DNA of 64,000 nt from Bdellovibrionota bacterium (lineage in GTDB: Bacteria > Bdellovibrionota_C > UBA2361 > JAAYZI01). Position numbers and translations under genes: made by a program. The notes under the pieces are model-generated. The model was given only the letters and a program-made list of their open reading frames with translations. It made no database searches and was not told where the DNA came from. Of the stretch, positions 40,753 to 51,120 are shown piece after piece. The stretch covers positions 479,885-543,884 of the forward strand of contig JBMNIF010000001.1 of assembly GCA_050950765.1 (NCBI GenBank), written 5' to 3'. Every line of letters starts with the position of its first letter. The first letter of the stretch is position 1.

Positions 40753-41598
40753 ATGATAAAGATTAAGTCTGTACTGTGCTGGATGGTTTTAGCGAGTGTA
40801 ATTTCCTCCTGCTCTCCTAATCCAGAACCGATTAATGTGGGTGTTCCACAAGATCAAGCCTACCTGACTAGAGGTAGAGAGCTCGTTAAAGGGTTAGCTT
40901 CTTGTGGTTTGTGTCACGGTGCTAGCCCAGATCCCCAAAGTCCGTTGATAGGGGGACGCACTTTTAAAGATCGTTATGGAGCTGTTAACGCCCCAAACCT
41001 TACCCCTGACAAAACAGGTCTTGCTGATTGGAGTGCCGTTGAGATTATAACTGCTATCAGATCCTCCATCGGTAAAAACGGCGAAGAGCTTTCAGAGGAG
41101 ATGCACGAAGGCTATGAGTGGATTTCAGATCAAGATGCTCTTGCAATAGTTGCTTACCTTAAAGCGTTGCCACCTGTAGAAAATAAAGTTGAACGAAGAA
41201 AATTAAATTGGTGGCAGAGGAATATCACCGGTATGTTCGAATCTCGTGAAGTACAATCAGGTTTTGTGCCAGCTATCGATCCGAAATATAAGGCAGAATA
41301 CGGAAAATATTTAACTGAACACGTTGCTAGAGTTGAACAGTGTTTAATGCCGAAAGAGGAGGAGTCTCCTTGGTATTCCTTCATCTTAGGAGGCGGAAAA
41401 TCAACTGACGGCGCTGCCGAGAAAAGATTTAAAGATTGGAGTGTTGATGAGATCGTGTATTTCTTACAAACAGGAGAAAGCCCGACAACAAAAGGAGGGG
41501 ATCGCTACCTTGATGCTGGGACTTGTCCAGTTAAGTTTTATAGGAATGCAGCTGAAGCTGATTTAAATGCTATGGCTACCTATTTAAAATCAAGGTAG
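40753..41598 (+). CDS. Cytochrome c lipoprotein (two-domain type, one intact CXXCH)
   Basis: Lipobox ISS|C; RGRELV...CGLCH; APNLTPDKTGL; DALAIVAYLK repeated as DLNAMATYLK. Confidence 0.85.
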   Translation: MIKIKSVLCWMVLASVISSCSPNPEPINVGVPQDQAYLTRGRELVKGLASCGLCHGASPDPQSPLIGGRTFKDRYGAVNAPNLTPDKTGLADWSAVEIITAIRSSIGKNGEELSEEMHEGYEWISDQDALAIVAYLKALPPVENKVERRKLNWWQRNITGMFESREVQSGFVPAIDPKYKAEYGKYLTEHVARVEQCLMPKEEESPWYSFILGGGKSTDGAAEKRFKDWSVDEIVYFLQTGESPTTKGGDRYLDAGTCPVKFYRNAAEADLNAMATYLKSR

Positions 41599-41704
41599 CT
41601 TTACAACAACCTTTAGCCGCATTCTTAGCTTCCTAGCTTTTAGCTTAACTTGCCCATTATAAAAGCTTAATCTCTTGGAATATAAGAGGAAGTTTTTTTA
41701 AAAA

Positions 41705-42223
41705 ACATTTTTAAAAAGTCTCTAAAAAGTGTCCGTGTATATAGCGCCGCTGCTGCCCCCCAACAGCGGATCAGCTAGAATCTTTAAACCCAAACTCCCA
41801 CCCCCTCCTTACACAATGTTAAGAGGTGATATCTTCCATTAAATAAGACGTAATTCCTTTCTCTCGATATTTTGTTGCCCAATTAAGGGGATTTTTACTT
41901 TCTTTTATACCTGAATACGTATGTCGAGACACCAAAAAAGTTAGCCCCTTTTACATTTTTAAAAAGTCTCTAAAAAGTGTCTGTGGTACATGCTGCCCCA
42001 ACACCTAGCCAGCTAGAATCTTTAAACCCAAACTCCCACCCCTTCCTTACATAAGTTAAGAGGTGATATCTTCCATTAAATAAGACGTAATTCCTTTCTC
42101 TCGATATTTTTCGATATTTTGTTTCCCAATTAAGAGGGATTTTTTACTTTCTTTTTATACCTGAATACGTATGCCAAGACACCAAAAAAGTTACCCCCCT
42201 TTTACATTTTTAAAAAATCTCTA
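41705..42223. repeat. ~250-bp non-coding tandem duplication (2 copies plus start of a third)
   Basis: Units start ACATTTTTAAAAA at 41705, 41953, 42204; long shared blocks such as CAGCTAGAATCTTTAAACCCAAACTCCCACCC and GTTAAGAGGTGATATCTTCCATTAAATAAGACGTAATTCCTTTCTCTCGATATTTT. Confidence 0.92.
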
Positions 42224-42443
42224 TCGCCTATAACAATATTGCTACGTTATAATTACGTAAATCACAGAAAAGTTTGGGTTTTAAAAAGTGTCTAAACTCG
42301 GAAGTCAGAGCTACGGGCTTATTCTATAAGAACCTTGATTATTACTTTAACATCTGTAACCTTTAACCGTTTTTGATAGTGTCAATATCGTTTATGCTGA
42401 TTATATCTCTGAATGTTGTGACGCCTCTTTGTGGAATTTTAAG

Positions 42444-43466
42444 ATGATCGTTTTAGGTATAGAAAGTAGTTGTGATGAAACTGCTATCTCTCTCTTTGAG
42501 TGCGCTCCTTCAGAAAATGGCGTTACACCACGATTGTTAGGTGAAAAAGTAGCCTCACAAGAGGATGTTCACGTTATTTATGGTGGAGTAGTACCCGAAC
42601 TCGCTGCGCGTGAACACTTAAGGAACCTACCGATTTTAGTTTCTGCATTGTGTAAAGAACAAAATATTTCAATCAAAGAGATCGATGCTATCGGAGTCAC
42701 AAAAGGTCCTGGCTTAAAAGGATGCTTGCTAATGGGAGTTTGCTTTGCCGAAGGGTTGTCATTAGCACTGCAGATCCCACTTATAGGGATAAACCATATC
42801 GAAGCACATTTAAGCGCAGCTCTGTTGGATAATCCTGAACTAGATTTCCCATTTTTAGCTTTAATTGTATCTGGCGGCCATACCGAGATAGTCTATGCTA
42901 AAGCCTTAGGCGAATATCAGATCTTAGCACAAACAAGTGATGATGCTGCTGGCGAAACCTTTGATAAATCTGCCAATCTTTTGGGATTCCCATACCCTGG
43001 TGGTGCTAAACTGGCGAAGCTAGCGGATACTGTAACGAGCTCTCCATTTAAACTACCGCGAGTGATGCGGGAAGCCGCCGGTTTCAGTTTCTCGGGACTA
43101 AAAACAGCCATCTCCCTATTAATCGCAGAAGTAAAAGATCAATACGGTGAAGATCTGCCGTTAGCAGAGCTAGCTTATACGATTCAAGATTCAATAGTAG
43201 ATGCTTTGGTCTTTAAATTAAAAAAAGCACTAAAAGAACACGATGTAAAAAAAGTCGCGGTAGTAGGTGGGGTTTCTGCCAATCGCTGCTTAAGAAGAAC
43301 TATCCAATCTTTGCCGAATATCTCCGTCTATTTCCCAGATTTTTCTCATAGTGTAGATAACGGGGCGATGGTTGGATATCTAGCGTGTAAAAGACTTATG
43401 CGTGGAGAGAAAAGTCAACTTAATAGTAGTGTTTTAGCTAGATGGTCTATTGAGGATCTTTCATGA
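42444..43466 (+). CDS. tsaD: tRNA N6-threonylcarbamoyladenosine synthase TsaD
   Basis: LGIESSCDET, YGGVVPELAAREH, NHIEAH, VSGGHT, FSFSGLKT, DNGAM. Confidence 0.97.
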   Translation: MIVLGIESSCDETAISLFECAPSENGVTPRLLGEKVASQEDVHVIYGGVVPELAAREHLRNLPILVSALCKEQNISIKEIDAIGVTKGPGLKGCLLMGVCFAEGLSLALQIPLIGINHIEAHLSAALLDNPELDFPFLALIVSGGHTEIVYAKALGEYQILAQTSDDAAGETFDKSANLLGFPYPGGAKLAKLADTVTSSPFKLPRVMREAAGFSFSGLKTAISLLIAEVKDQYGEDLPLAELAYTIQDSIVDALVFKLKKALKEHDVKKVAVVGGVSANRCLRRTIQSLPNISVYFPDFSHSVDNGAMVGYLACKRLMRGEKSQLNSSVLARWSIEDLS

Positions 43467-44281
43467 TTATTGATGATGTTAAAAAAACATTAAAAAGTTT
43501 AGGAGTTAATCCGCAAAAGGAGAAAGGTCAGAACTTTTTAATTGACCCAGCAGCTGTTCAGGAGATCGTTCGTTTCGGTCGTCCTGAGAGGGGCGGCTCA
43601 GTTGTCGAGATCGGTCCTGGTCTCGGCGCACTTACCGCAGAACTACTAGACGCAGAAGATTTAACAGTTATCGAAATAGAACATAATTTTTGTGAATATA
43701 TAAAAAAACGTTTTCCCTCAGTCAATGTCATCGAAGAGGATGTGCGCTTGGTTGATTTTAGTGAGCTGGGGGAAGGGCTAACTGTTTTCGGTAATCTACC
43801 ATATTCAATCTCTACCGATGTTATTCTGCACCTTTCTCAATTTGCGAATTGCTTTAAACGTGCCGTAATTATGCTTCAAAAAGAGTTCGCTGAAAGGTTG
43901 GCGGCAAAGCCTGCTTGTCGCGATTACGGCGTTATCACCATTACTTGTCAGATGTATGCAGATGTACGGTTGGGACCTGTTATAAAAGGTGATTCTTTCT
44001 GGCCACAGGCAGCCGTTGATTCTCAAGTTCTTGAGTTGCGCTTTTTACCAGCACCACGTTGCGCCCCTAAGGATCCTTATATCTTCAACAGATTGATTGC
44101 GGCAGCTTTTCATGAACGCCGAAAAAAGATCATTAATAGCGTTAGAAAATCCGTTCTGTTTTCCAGTATGGACGTAGCATCTGCTATGCAACGTGCCGAG
44201 ATAGAACCGTCACGACGTGCTGAAACATTGACGATTGCTGAGTATTGCAGATTAAGTGATGAGCTCTCTCAAAAGCCGTAA
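43463..44281 (+). CDS. rsmA: 16S rRNA adenine dimethyltransferase
   Basis: GQNFLID, EIGPGLGALT, GNLPYSIS, MLQKEFAER, RRAETL. Confidence 0.97.
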   Translation: MIIDDVKKTLKSLGVNPQKEKGQNFLIDPAAVQEIVRFGRPERGGSVVEIGPGLGALTAELLDAEDLTVIEIEHNFCEYIKKRFPSVNVIEEDVRLVDFSELGEGLTVFGNLPYSISTDVILHLSQFANCFKRAVIMLQKEFAERLAAKPACRDYGVITITCQMYADVRLGPVIKGDSFWPQAAVDSQVLELRFLPAPRCAPKDPYIFNRLIAAAFHERRKKIINSVRKSVLFSSMDVASAMQRAEIEPSRRAETLTIAEYCRLSDELSQKP

Positions 44282-44437
44282 AATCGTCTTGTATTGCAAG
44301 TAAAATATCGAGATTGTGTCTTTTATTAGAATCCTACGGTAAAAGTTAAATCCATCCTAAAAATAGAAGTTTTTGCCATTTTTTGTGGCGTGTAGTAGCA
44401 TCCGGCGCTTGTTCTTTTAGGCTTTTAGGGAGTTCTG

Positions 44438-45502
44438 ATGGCTAAGCGTGAGATACATCAACTTGTTCATACCTTAAGTTATGGAGATGCTATATCAGGA
44501 GAGGTTCTAGCTTTACAACGTTGCTTTCACAACTTGGGATTCGCTTCTGAAATATTTGCTATAAATGTACATCCTCTTCTAAAAGGACGTGCCAAAAGTT
44601 ATCAGGAGCTGCCCCTTAATTTTAATGGCGAGGTTCTCTTTCATTTTTCATTAGGCTCTCCCCTTAGCGATCTCTACAAAAATATAACAACCGCTAAGCG
44701 CAGTATGATTTTTCATAACTTAACCGATCCACATTGGTTTAAGGGGGTAAATCCTCGTATCGTGGCAGATTTAGAAAACGGTCAAAAACAACTTCCTGAG
44801 ATGTGTCAAGTAACGGATCGTTTAATTGCTGACTCTCCATTCAATGCAAAAGAGTTAAAAAAATACGGTTTTGATGCGGAGGTCTTAGAGCTGCCGATCG
44901 ATGAAGAGAAATGGGGAGTAGAACCGAACTCAGGTATTGCGGCTATGTTAGCAGCAGATCCTTCATTACACCTTGTGCATACGGGACGTTTAGCACCGAA
45001 CAAATGTATTGAAGATATAATTAAGACCTTTTATTTCTTGCATCATAAAATAAATCGTCAAAGTAAATTGTGGCTAGTAGGGATTGATATTGATACAGAG
45101 CTTTATTCATTTTCATTAAAGCGGATGGTTGATGAATTTGATCTGACTGATGCTGTTAATTTTGTCGGCTGTCTGGCAGATTCCGAATTGAAAGCACTCT
45201 ATCAAAATGCCGATGTCTATTTATGTATGAGTGAGCATGAAGGATTTTGCCTACCTGTTATTGAGGCGATGTATTTTAATCTACCCGTTATTACCTTTGA
45301 TTCGACGGCGCTTTCAGATACTGTTGGAGATGGCGCTATTATCGTTAAAGAAAAAAGGCATCATTATATAGCAGAGATGATTCAAGCTATCTTTAGTGAT
45401 TCATCTCTGCGCGATAAGTTAAAACAGGCTGGTGCTGAGCGCGCAAAGCATTTTAGCTTTGAACGCTTTTCTGCGGATGTAGCACGGATTTTTAAAGATT
45501 AA
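44438..45502 (+). CDS. Glycosyltransferase family 4
   Basis: GRLAPNK, SEHEGFCLPVIEAM (EX7E). Confidence 0.9.
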   Translation: MAKREIHQLVHTLSYGDAISGEVLALQRCFHNLGFASEIFAINVHPLLKGRAKSYQELPLNFNGEVLFHFSLGSPLSDLYKNITTAKRSMIFHNLTDPHWFKGVNPRIVADLENGQKQLPEMCQVTDRLIADSPFNAKELKKYGFDAEVLELPIDEEKWGVEPNSGIAAMLAADPSLHLVHTGRLAPNKCIEDIIKTFYFLHHKINRQSKLWLVGIDIDTELYSFSLKRMVDEFDLTDAVNFVGCLADSELKALYQNADVYLCMSEHEGFCLPVIEAMYFNLPVITFDSTALSDTVGDGAIIVKEKRHHYIAEMIQAIFSDSSLRDKLKQAGAERAKHFSFERFSADVARIFKD

Positions 45503-45591
45503 AACAGAGGAACAACAGATATTATATAAGGTCTGCAAATGGATCTTATTCTGATATTAAATGCAGAAGAATATCTGTCTTAAAAAATACT

Positions 45592-46821
45592 ATGACAGTA
45601 CAGAAAAAATCTGACAATCTTATCACCTTAGCACTTGATATCAGCGCCTTAGATCCTGCTTTTAAGGAACACGCAGCACGTGGTATCGGTCGCTACGTCA
45701 GGGAGCTTCATACTGGGCTAAAAGATTTTTTCCCAAGTGCAGATCTAGATTTAAAAACATTTAATCATACCTCTTTAGCGCCATCTCCCAGACTGGATAA
45801 GATATTAAAAAGTTTTCCACTCGGTAAGCAAACTATTAGACAACAACTTTACTATCCGTACCGTTTAAAAAAAATGAAGGGGATAGATCTCCTCCATTTT
45901 CCTGCTCATATGGACCCTCCAGCCTATTGTCCGGTGCCGTATATAGTCAGTGTGATGGATCTGATACCATTATTATTGCCTAATTTATATAAAGCAGAAC
46001 GTTCAGACCTCCGTTTTAAATTGGCACGCTTCCTTGAAATGCAAGCGATAAAGCGAGCCGATTTAGTCTTGGCTATTAGTAAAACCACAGCACTCGATGT
46101 GCAAAACCTCTTGGGTGTGCCTGAAGAGAGGATAGTTGTGACACCTTTAGGAGTGGATGAAAAATTTTTTGGTGCCGAACTTACTTCTAATAGGGAAGAT
46201 TTATGTCTTCGTTATAATATCCCAGCGAATCGAAAGATTATTTTATACGTTGGCGGTATAGATCAACGTAAAAATTGTCGAACGATGCTCGAAGCTGTAC
46301 GTAAAGTGCGTACTGCCACGTTAGAGAAAAATCAAACTCCCCCTGTTTTTGTGATGGTCGGTAAAATTCAAGGCGATCGGCAGTTTCCTAAATTGTGTGA
46401 GTTAATAGCAAAGTTTGATCTGCAAAATGATGTTTATCCTGTTGGCTACGTTCCCGATCAAGATCTCCTGCAGCTCTTCGCCATCTCTTCAGTTTTTTTG
46501 TTTCTTAGTCTCTATGAAGGGTTCGGACTGCCCCCCTTAGAAGCATTAGCAGCGGGATTACCTGTTGTTAGTTCTAAAACTTCAGCTATGCCGGAAGTTT
46601 TAGCAGATGCCGCTCTATTAGTAGATCCTGAAGACGGGATGGAAGCGGCTTCTGCTATCTTAAAGATCTTGCAATCAAAAGAGGTGGCGAATACCTTAAA
46701 AGAAAAAGGAAAAGAGCAGGCTAAAAAGTTTACATGGAAAGAGACGTGTGCCTTAACTGCTTGTGCTTATCAGCAGATGGCAGAAAAAATCAGACAAAGT
46801 AGTAAATTGTTAAATACCTAA
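45592..46821 (+). CDS. Glycosyltransferase family 4 (group 1)
   Basis: RGIGRY, VGGIDQRKN, SLYEGFGLPPLEALAAG, FTW. Confidence 0.92.
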   Translation: MTVQKKSDNLITLALDISALDPAFKEHAARGIGRYVRELHTGLKDFFPSADLDLKTFNHTSLAPSPRLDKILKSFPLGKQTIRQQLYYPYRLKKMKGIDLLHFPAHMDPPAYCPVPYIVSVMDLIPLLLPNLYKAERSDLRFKLARFLEMQAIKRADLVLAISKTTALDVQNLLGVPEERIVVTPLGVDEKFFGAELTSNREDLCLRYNIPANRKIILYVGGIDQRKNCRTMLEAVRKVRTATLEKNQTPPVFVMVGKIQGDRQFPKLCELIAKFDLQNDVYPVGYVPDQDLLQLFAISSVFLFLSLYEGFGLPPLEALAAGLPVVSSKTSAMPEVLADAALLVDPEDGMEAASAILKILQSKEVANTLKEKGKEQAKKFTWKETCALTACAYQQMAEKIRQSSKLLNT

Positions 46822-46846
46822 TAGCAGGATACTTATAAGAGATGTT

Positions 46847-48796
46847 ATGAAAAAAAGATTATTAAGTAGATTAAATAACGATACATTTTGGGTCTCCCTA
46901 GCTATACTCATCGGAATTTTTTTAAGGCTCGATCTATTATTCTCTTCAAACTTTGCCATTGACGCTGATGAAGCTATCGTAGGGCTGATGGCAAAACATA
47001 TCTTGGACGGGCGTGGGATTCCTGTTTTTTATTATGGGCAACATTATATGGGAAGTTTGGAAGCGATCCTTGTTGCCTGCAATTTTTATCTTTTTAATCA
47101 CTCCCAAGTAGCACTAAAGATAGTACCGTTATTCTTCTCTATTGCGCTAATACCCTTAATGTATCTTGTGGCTAAAGCTGCATACGACAACTTAGCAGGG
47201 CGATTCGCCGCACTTTTTACCGCTGTTTCCCCCATTATGTTGATCATTTGGAGTTCTAAAGCGAGAGGCGGATTTATTGAGGTGATTTTCATCGGGGCGT
47301 TGAGTTTTTTACTTTTAATGCGGTGGTTGCGACGACCCACTCTTAAATTAACTTGTGCAATCGGACTCCTACTTGGTCTGGGTTGGTGGGTTAATAATCA
47401 GATAATCTATTTTATGATACCTGTAGCACTTTGGATGGCTTTAAGGTGCGGGATGAACCTCTCTCTGTGGTTAGCAACTATTTCTGCCGGATTAAGCTCT
47501 TTTCTTGTCGGTAGCTTGCCTTTTTGGATCTATAATTTAAGAAATGATTTTATTACCTTTGAAATGTTCGGTTCAGCCGACTCAAAAGGGATCGCCACTA
47601 ATGTAGCTGGACTTTTCCAGACAGCGTTGCCGATTATTTTAGGAGTGAAAAGAGATTGGACACTCCAAGAAAGTTTCCCTAACGCAGTTTGCTGCGGCTG
47701 GATCTTAGTCGGGCTTGTTTTTTTAATTGTGTTATGCCGAAGAAAAAAACACCTTCAAGCCCTCTTTACCCTTAAAGCAGATTTTGAACGTCCTGTTGAA
47801 CTCTTTCTTTTTTTCATATTGGTTGTTTTAGCTGTTTATTCCCTTAGCTCTTTCGGTTCGTTCGCAAAAGAACCCCGTTACCTATTACCTATCTACGTTG
47901 GATTAACCTGCCTTGCGGGTGTGGCAGTCTCCGTCTTGACATATTTTAACCGTTTAGCTGGAGTCCTTTTAGCAGCAGCTATTGTCTTACTAAATCTCTC
48001 TTCCATTTATTGGGGGAATGCCGATCTGCCACAGGAGCCGGAGGTTTTTGAAGGAGAACGAGTTTCAAAAGATCATACAGATCTGATAAAATTTCTTGAT
48101 AAAGAAAATATAAACTTTATCAGGACTGATTATTGGATCGGATACCGTTTAGCTTTTGAGACAGATGAGCGCATCACCTTTATTACCTTTGATAATCCGA
48201 CGAAAAATCGCATCCCAGAATATGCAGACCTTGATTCTAAACACGAATCATTTATACCGTTAGTTTTGGTGCCCAGACAGGCAAAGATCGTACGACAAGC
48301 CTTAAAAACATTGGGATATTCCTATTCTGAAGGAGAGGCTTCGGGATATGTTATAATTTACAATATTAGTAACGCCTTTGAATTAACACCTGTTGTCATT
48401 ACCGACTTAACAGTTGAAGCGAGTGTTAATAATGATAGCGCTAAATTTGCGATTGATGGAGATATCAATACCCGTTGGGGTAGCGCCGAGCCACAAAAGC
48501 CTTTAATGACTTTTACCGTTACCTTGCCAGAACCGCAAAATTTGCAAGGTTTGAAATATCTTTTCGGTTCTTGGGAGCACGATTATCCGCGAGCTTTAAG
48601 GATAGAGCTTGAAGACTCGGAAGGAAATAGAAAAGTTTTATTAGACCCGCCTTCTTTTGCAGCCATTAGATATTTCGGTATTAAGGAATACCTCTTTGCA
48701 TTTCCGTTATTCCCCGTCAAGCGAATATATTTTGTGCAGGAAGGATCAGATCCTGTCTTTGATTGGTCGATTGCGGAGATTCAATTTTTCAAATAG
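46847..48796 (+). CDS. GT-C-type multi-TM glycosyltransferase (ArnT/PMT-like) with C-terminal discoidin (F5/8)-like domain
   Basis: DADEA acidic motif after TM1, many TM helices, RY motif; AIDGDINTRWGS...YPR discoidin-like pattern. Confidence 0.75.
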   Translation: MKKRLLSRLNNDTFWVSLAILIGIFLRLDLLFSSNFAIDADEAIVGLMAKHILDGRGIPVFYYGQHYMGSLEAILVACNFYLFNHSQVALKIVPLFFSIALIPLMYLVAKAAYDNLAGRFAALFTAVSPIMLIIWSSKARGGFIEVIFIGALSFLLLMRWLRRPTLKLTCAIGLLLGLGWWVNNQIIYFMIPVALWMALRCGMNLSLWLATISAGLSSFLVGSLPFWIYNLRNDFITFEMFGSADSKGIATNVAGLFQTALPIILGVKRDWTLQESFPNAVCCGWILVGLVFLIVLCRRKKHLQALFTLKADFERPVELFLFFILVVLAVYSLSSFGSFAKEPRYLLPIYVGLTCLAGVAVSVLTYFNRLAGVLLAAAIVLLNLSSIYWGNADLPQEPEVFEGERVSKDHTDLIKFLDKENINFIRTDYWIGYRLAFETDERITFITFDNPTKNRIPEYADLDSKHESFIPLVLVPRQAKIVRQALKTLGYSYSEGEASGYVIIYNISNAFELTPVVITDLTVEASVNNDSAKFAIDGDINTRWGSAEPQKPLMTFTVTLPEPQNLQGLKYLFGSWEHDYPRALRIELEDSEGNRKVLLDPPSFAAIRYFGIKEYLFAFPLFPVKRIYFVQEGSDPVFDWSIAEIQFFK

Positions 48797-48804
48797 TAAT
48801 TACG

Positions 48805-49764
48805 ATGAAGTTATTGGCACTTTTAAATTCTCGTTTAGTGAAATGGGGTATCGCTTTAGCAGCGCTTACGATACTTTTTCTTTCGGTTGATATACAAAAA
48901 CTTATAGCTGCTTTTAAAAATATTAAACTAGGTATCCTATTATTCTTCCTATTTATCTCCGTAGTATTGATCTATATCAGCTCTTTAAAATGGCAACTTT
49001 TTATGGAAACAGCAGGGAAGCGTATCTCCGCTTTTAAGTTGTTTGCTTTTTATGTTTTGGGATATTTTATCAATCTTTTAGTGCCGTCTTATGTCGGTGG
49101 TGATGTCGTTAGGAGTTGGTATGCTGGAAAAGATGTCGGTAAACATCAAGCTTTTGCAGCTACGGTTCTAGAGCGCTACACTGGATTTGTTGCCATGATG
49201 ATATTGGCACTTATCTTTATGTGGAATGTACAACAAGTTACGTGGCAGATTAGATTGGTTGTAATTGGCATGGCAGCTTCCTTAGCGATTGTCACGATCC
49301 TTTTGTTGCACCCCAAGTTTTTAGATCTTATGCAGAAGCTTTGCCCCCCTTTGGCGAAATATATGCCGCATTTTCGAAAGATTCAGGATGCTTTACGTTA
49401 TGCCCATACACAGCCGATCTTGTTAGTAAAAGCCTTTATTTTGTCACTCCTTTTTCATCTCTGCACTGTGTTAAATGTTATGGTAGCGGGAGCTTGTATA
49501 GGTTGGTGTGGGATCCCTTATCATGATCTATTTGTTGTCTTACCACTCATACTCTTAATTGGTGCTATTCCGATTACCCCCAGTGGTCTCGGTATTCAAG
49601 AAGGGGCGTATTCTTATTTTCTACAAAGTTTAGGTGCTACCCCAGATCAGGCTTTAGCTGTTGGGCTGGCTTTAAGAGCAAAGTCCTATATTTTAGCTAT
49701 CTTTGGCGGCTTTATCTGGTTGTATCTGACGAAAAATAAGACCAGCGAAGATAAAAATAATTAA
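48805..49764 (+). CDS. Flippase-like membrane protein (LPG synthase TM/UPF0104 family)
   Basis: KWQ, NLLVPSYVGGDVVR, ERY, PITPSGLGIQEG motifs; multiple TM helices. Confidence 0.88.
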   Translation: MKLLALLNSRLVKWGIALAALTILFLSVDIQKLIAAFKNIKLGILLFFLFISVVLIYISSLKWQLFMETAGKRISAFKLFAFYVLGYFINLLVPSYVGGDVVRSWYAGKDVGKHQAFAATVLERYTGFVAMMILALIFMWNVQQVTWQIRLVVIGMAASLAIVTILLLHPKFLDLMQKLCPPLAKYMPHFRKIQDALRYAHTQPILLVKAFILSLLFHLCTVLNVMVAGACIGWCGIPYHDLFVVLPLILLIGAIPITPSGLGIQEGAYSYFLQSLGATPDQALAVGLALRAKSYILAIFGGFIWLYLTKNKTSEDKNN

Positions 49765-49858
49765 TTTTTTAAACGCCACTTAACCCTCAAAGGCACCTTC
49801 TAATTACCGCATTTTATTACAAATAAAAAAAATATAAGGGAGGACTTTAATTTTTTGC

Positions 49859-49886
49859 TCAAGTTCACCCCCCTTCGTGCCGTACA
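49859..49886 (+). promoter_or_regulatory. Probable sigma28 promoter of flagellin
   Basis: TCAAG-N15-GCCGTACA, imperfect consensus, about 170 nt upstream of the start. Confidence 0.5.
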
Positions 49887-50058
49887 TACACTTACGCAAG
49901 GTTGGATGGTGTTGTGTGGTAAATCAAAGAAAAAACTCTTCTTGAATATACCACACCAAAAATCTTGTTAGATGTGTGTGGCAGTATCATTCTGATACTG
50001 ACATGACTTGTAGAGCTTAGGGAACAAAGCTCGGTGTCATAATTCAAGGAGGAGTCAT

Positions 50059-50919
50059 ATGGCTGTTACCATTGGTTCGAATATTTCGTCATTGAGAGCT
50101 CAACGTAATTTGGCAACAAGTACGAACAAACTCTCTAGCGTCTTTCAGAAGTTGAGTTCTGGTAGCCGTCTCAATAAAGCAAGTGATGATGCTGCCGGAT
50201 TGTCAATTGCTGATAGCTTAAAAGCCCAACAAAGTGTTGCATCAGTTGCTATTAGAAATGCTAATGATGGTATTTCTTCAATTGCGATTGCTGACGGTGC
50301 AATGAATGAGATTAGTAGTGTATTAACACGTCTCGCAGAGTTAGCAGAGCAATCTGCCAACGGTGTGTACACAACACTACAACGCTCAGCTATTGCGGAA
50401 GAGTTTACTGCTTTAGGATCTGAGATTGAGCGTATTGCAGCAACAACCCAATTTAATGGTGTTAATCTATTAGATGGTAAAAACAACATGATCTTGCAGG
50501 TCGGTTTTAATTCTGCTTCTACCTCTCAAATCTCTTTTACCGGTGTTAGCGGAAAACTTTCTTCGTTAGGATTGGCGACAGCTGGTTCTTCAGCGTTGTC
50601 ATATTCTCTTAACGATATTTCGTCTACGGCAGCGCAGTCTGCTTCGCGTGCTGCTCTTGATGCTGTAAATAGCGCCATTCAATCACTTGCTTCAGCACGT
50701 GGTAATTTAGGTGCTATTGAATCACGTCTTAACGTTGCTATTAACAACCTTTCAGTGGCTAAGGAAAACTTTGCTTCTGCTGAAAGCCAGATTAGAGATA
50801 CCGACGTTGCTGCTGAAGCTGCAGAACTTACTCGGTTGAATATCTTGCAACAAGCCGGTACGGCGGTGTTGGCACAGGCTAATCAGCAACCACAGTTAGC
50901 TTTGAGCTTGCTTGGTTAA
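50059..50919 (+). CDS. fliC: Flagellin (short, 286 aa)
   Basis: KLSSGSRLNKASDDAAGL, RNANDGIS, RGNLGAIESRL, ESQIRDTDVA, ILQQAGTAVLAQAN. Confidence 0.97.
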   Translation: MAVTIGSNISSLRAQRNLATSTNKLSSVFQKLSSGSRLNKASDDAAGLSIADSLKAQQSVASVAIRNANDGISSIAIADGAMNEISSVLTRLAELAEQSANGVYTTLQRSAIAEEFTALGSEIERIAATTQFNGVNLLDGKNNMILQVGFNSASTSQISFTGVSGKLSSLGLATAGSSALSYSLNDISSTAAQSASRAALDAVNSAIQSLASARGNLGAIESRLNVAINNLSVAKENFASAESQIRDTDVAAEAAELTRLNILQQAGTAVLAQANQQPQLALSLLG

Positions 50920-50925
50920 TAGCTC

Positions 50926-50970
50926 TTAATCGTTCCCCCTCTTCAAGGAAGGGGAACGATTAACTTTTTC
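50926..50970 (+). terminator. Intrinsic terminator after flagellin
   Basis: 13-bp stem TTAATCGTTCCCC/GGGGAACGATTAA then CTTTTT. Confidence 0.85.
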
Positions 50971-51120
50971 GTGCGTGCTGCCGGTGATGTAGAAAACAGA
51001 ACCGGCAGAACCTCTTTATTATAAGAGAAAATTTTTTCTAATAAAAAATAAGATCAGAGAAGTACAGATTCATTCGCATGAATGGATGATGCATAACTAA
51101 CCCAAACCTCGCTACTTCTT

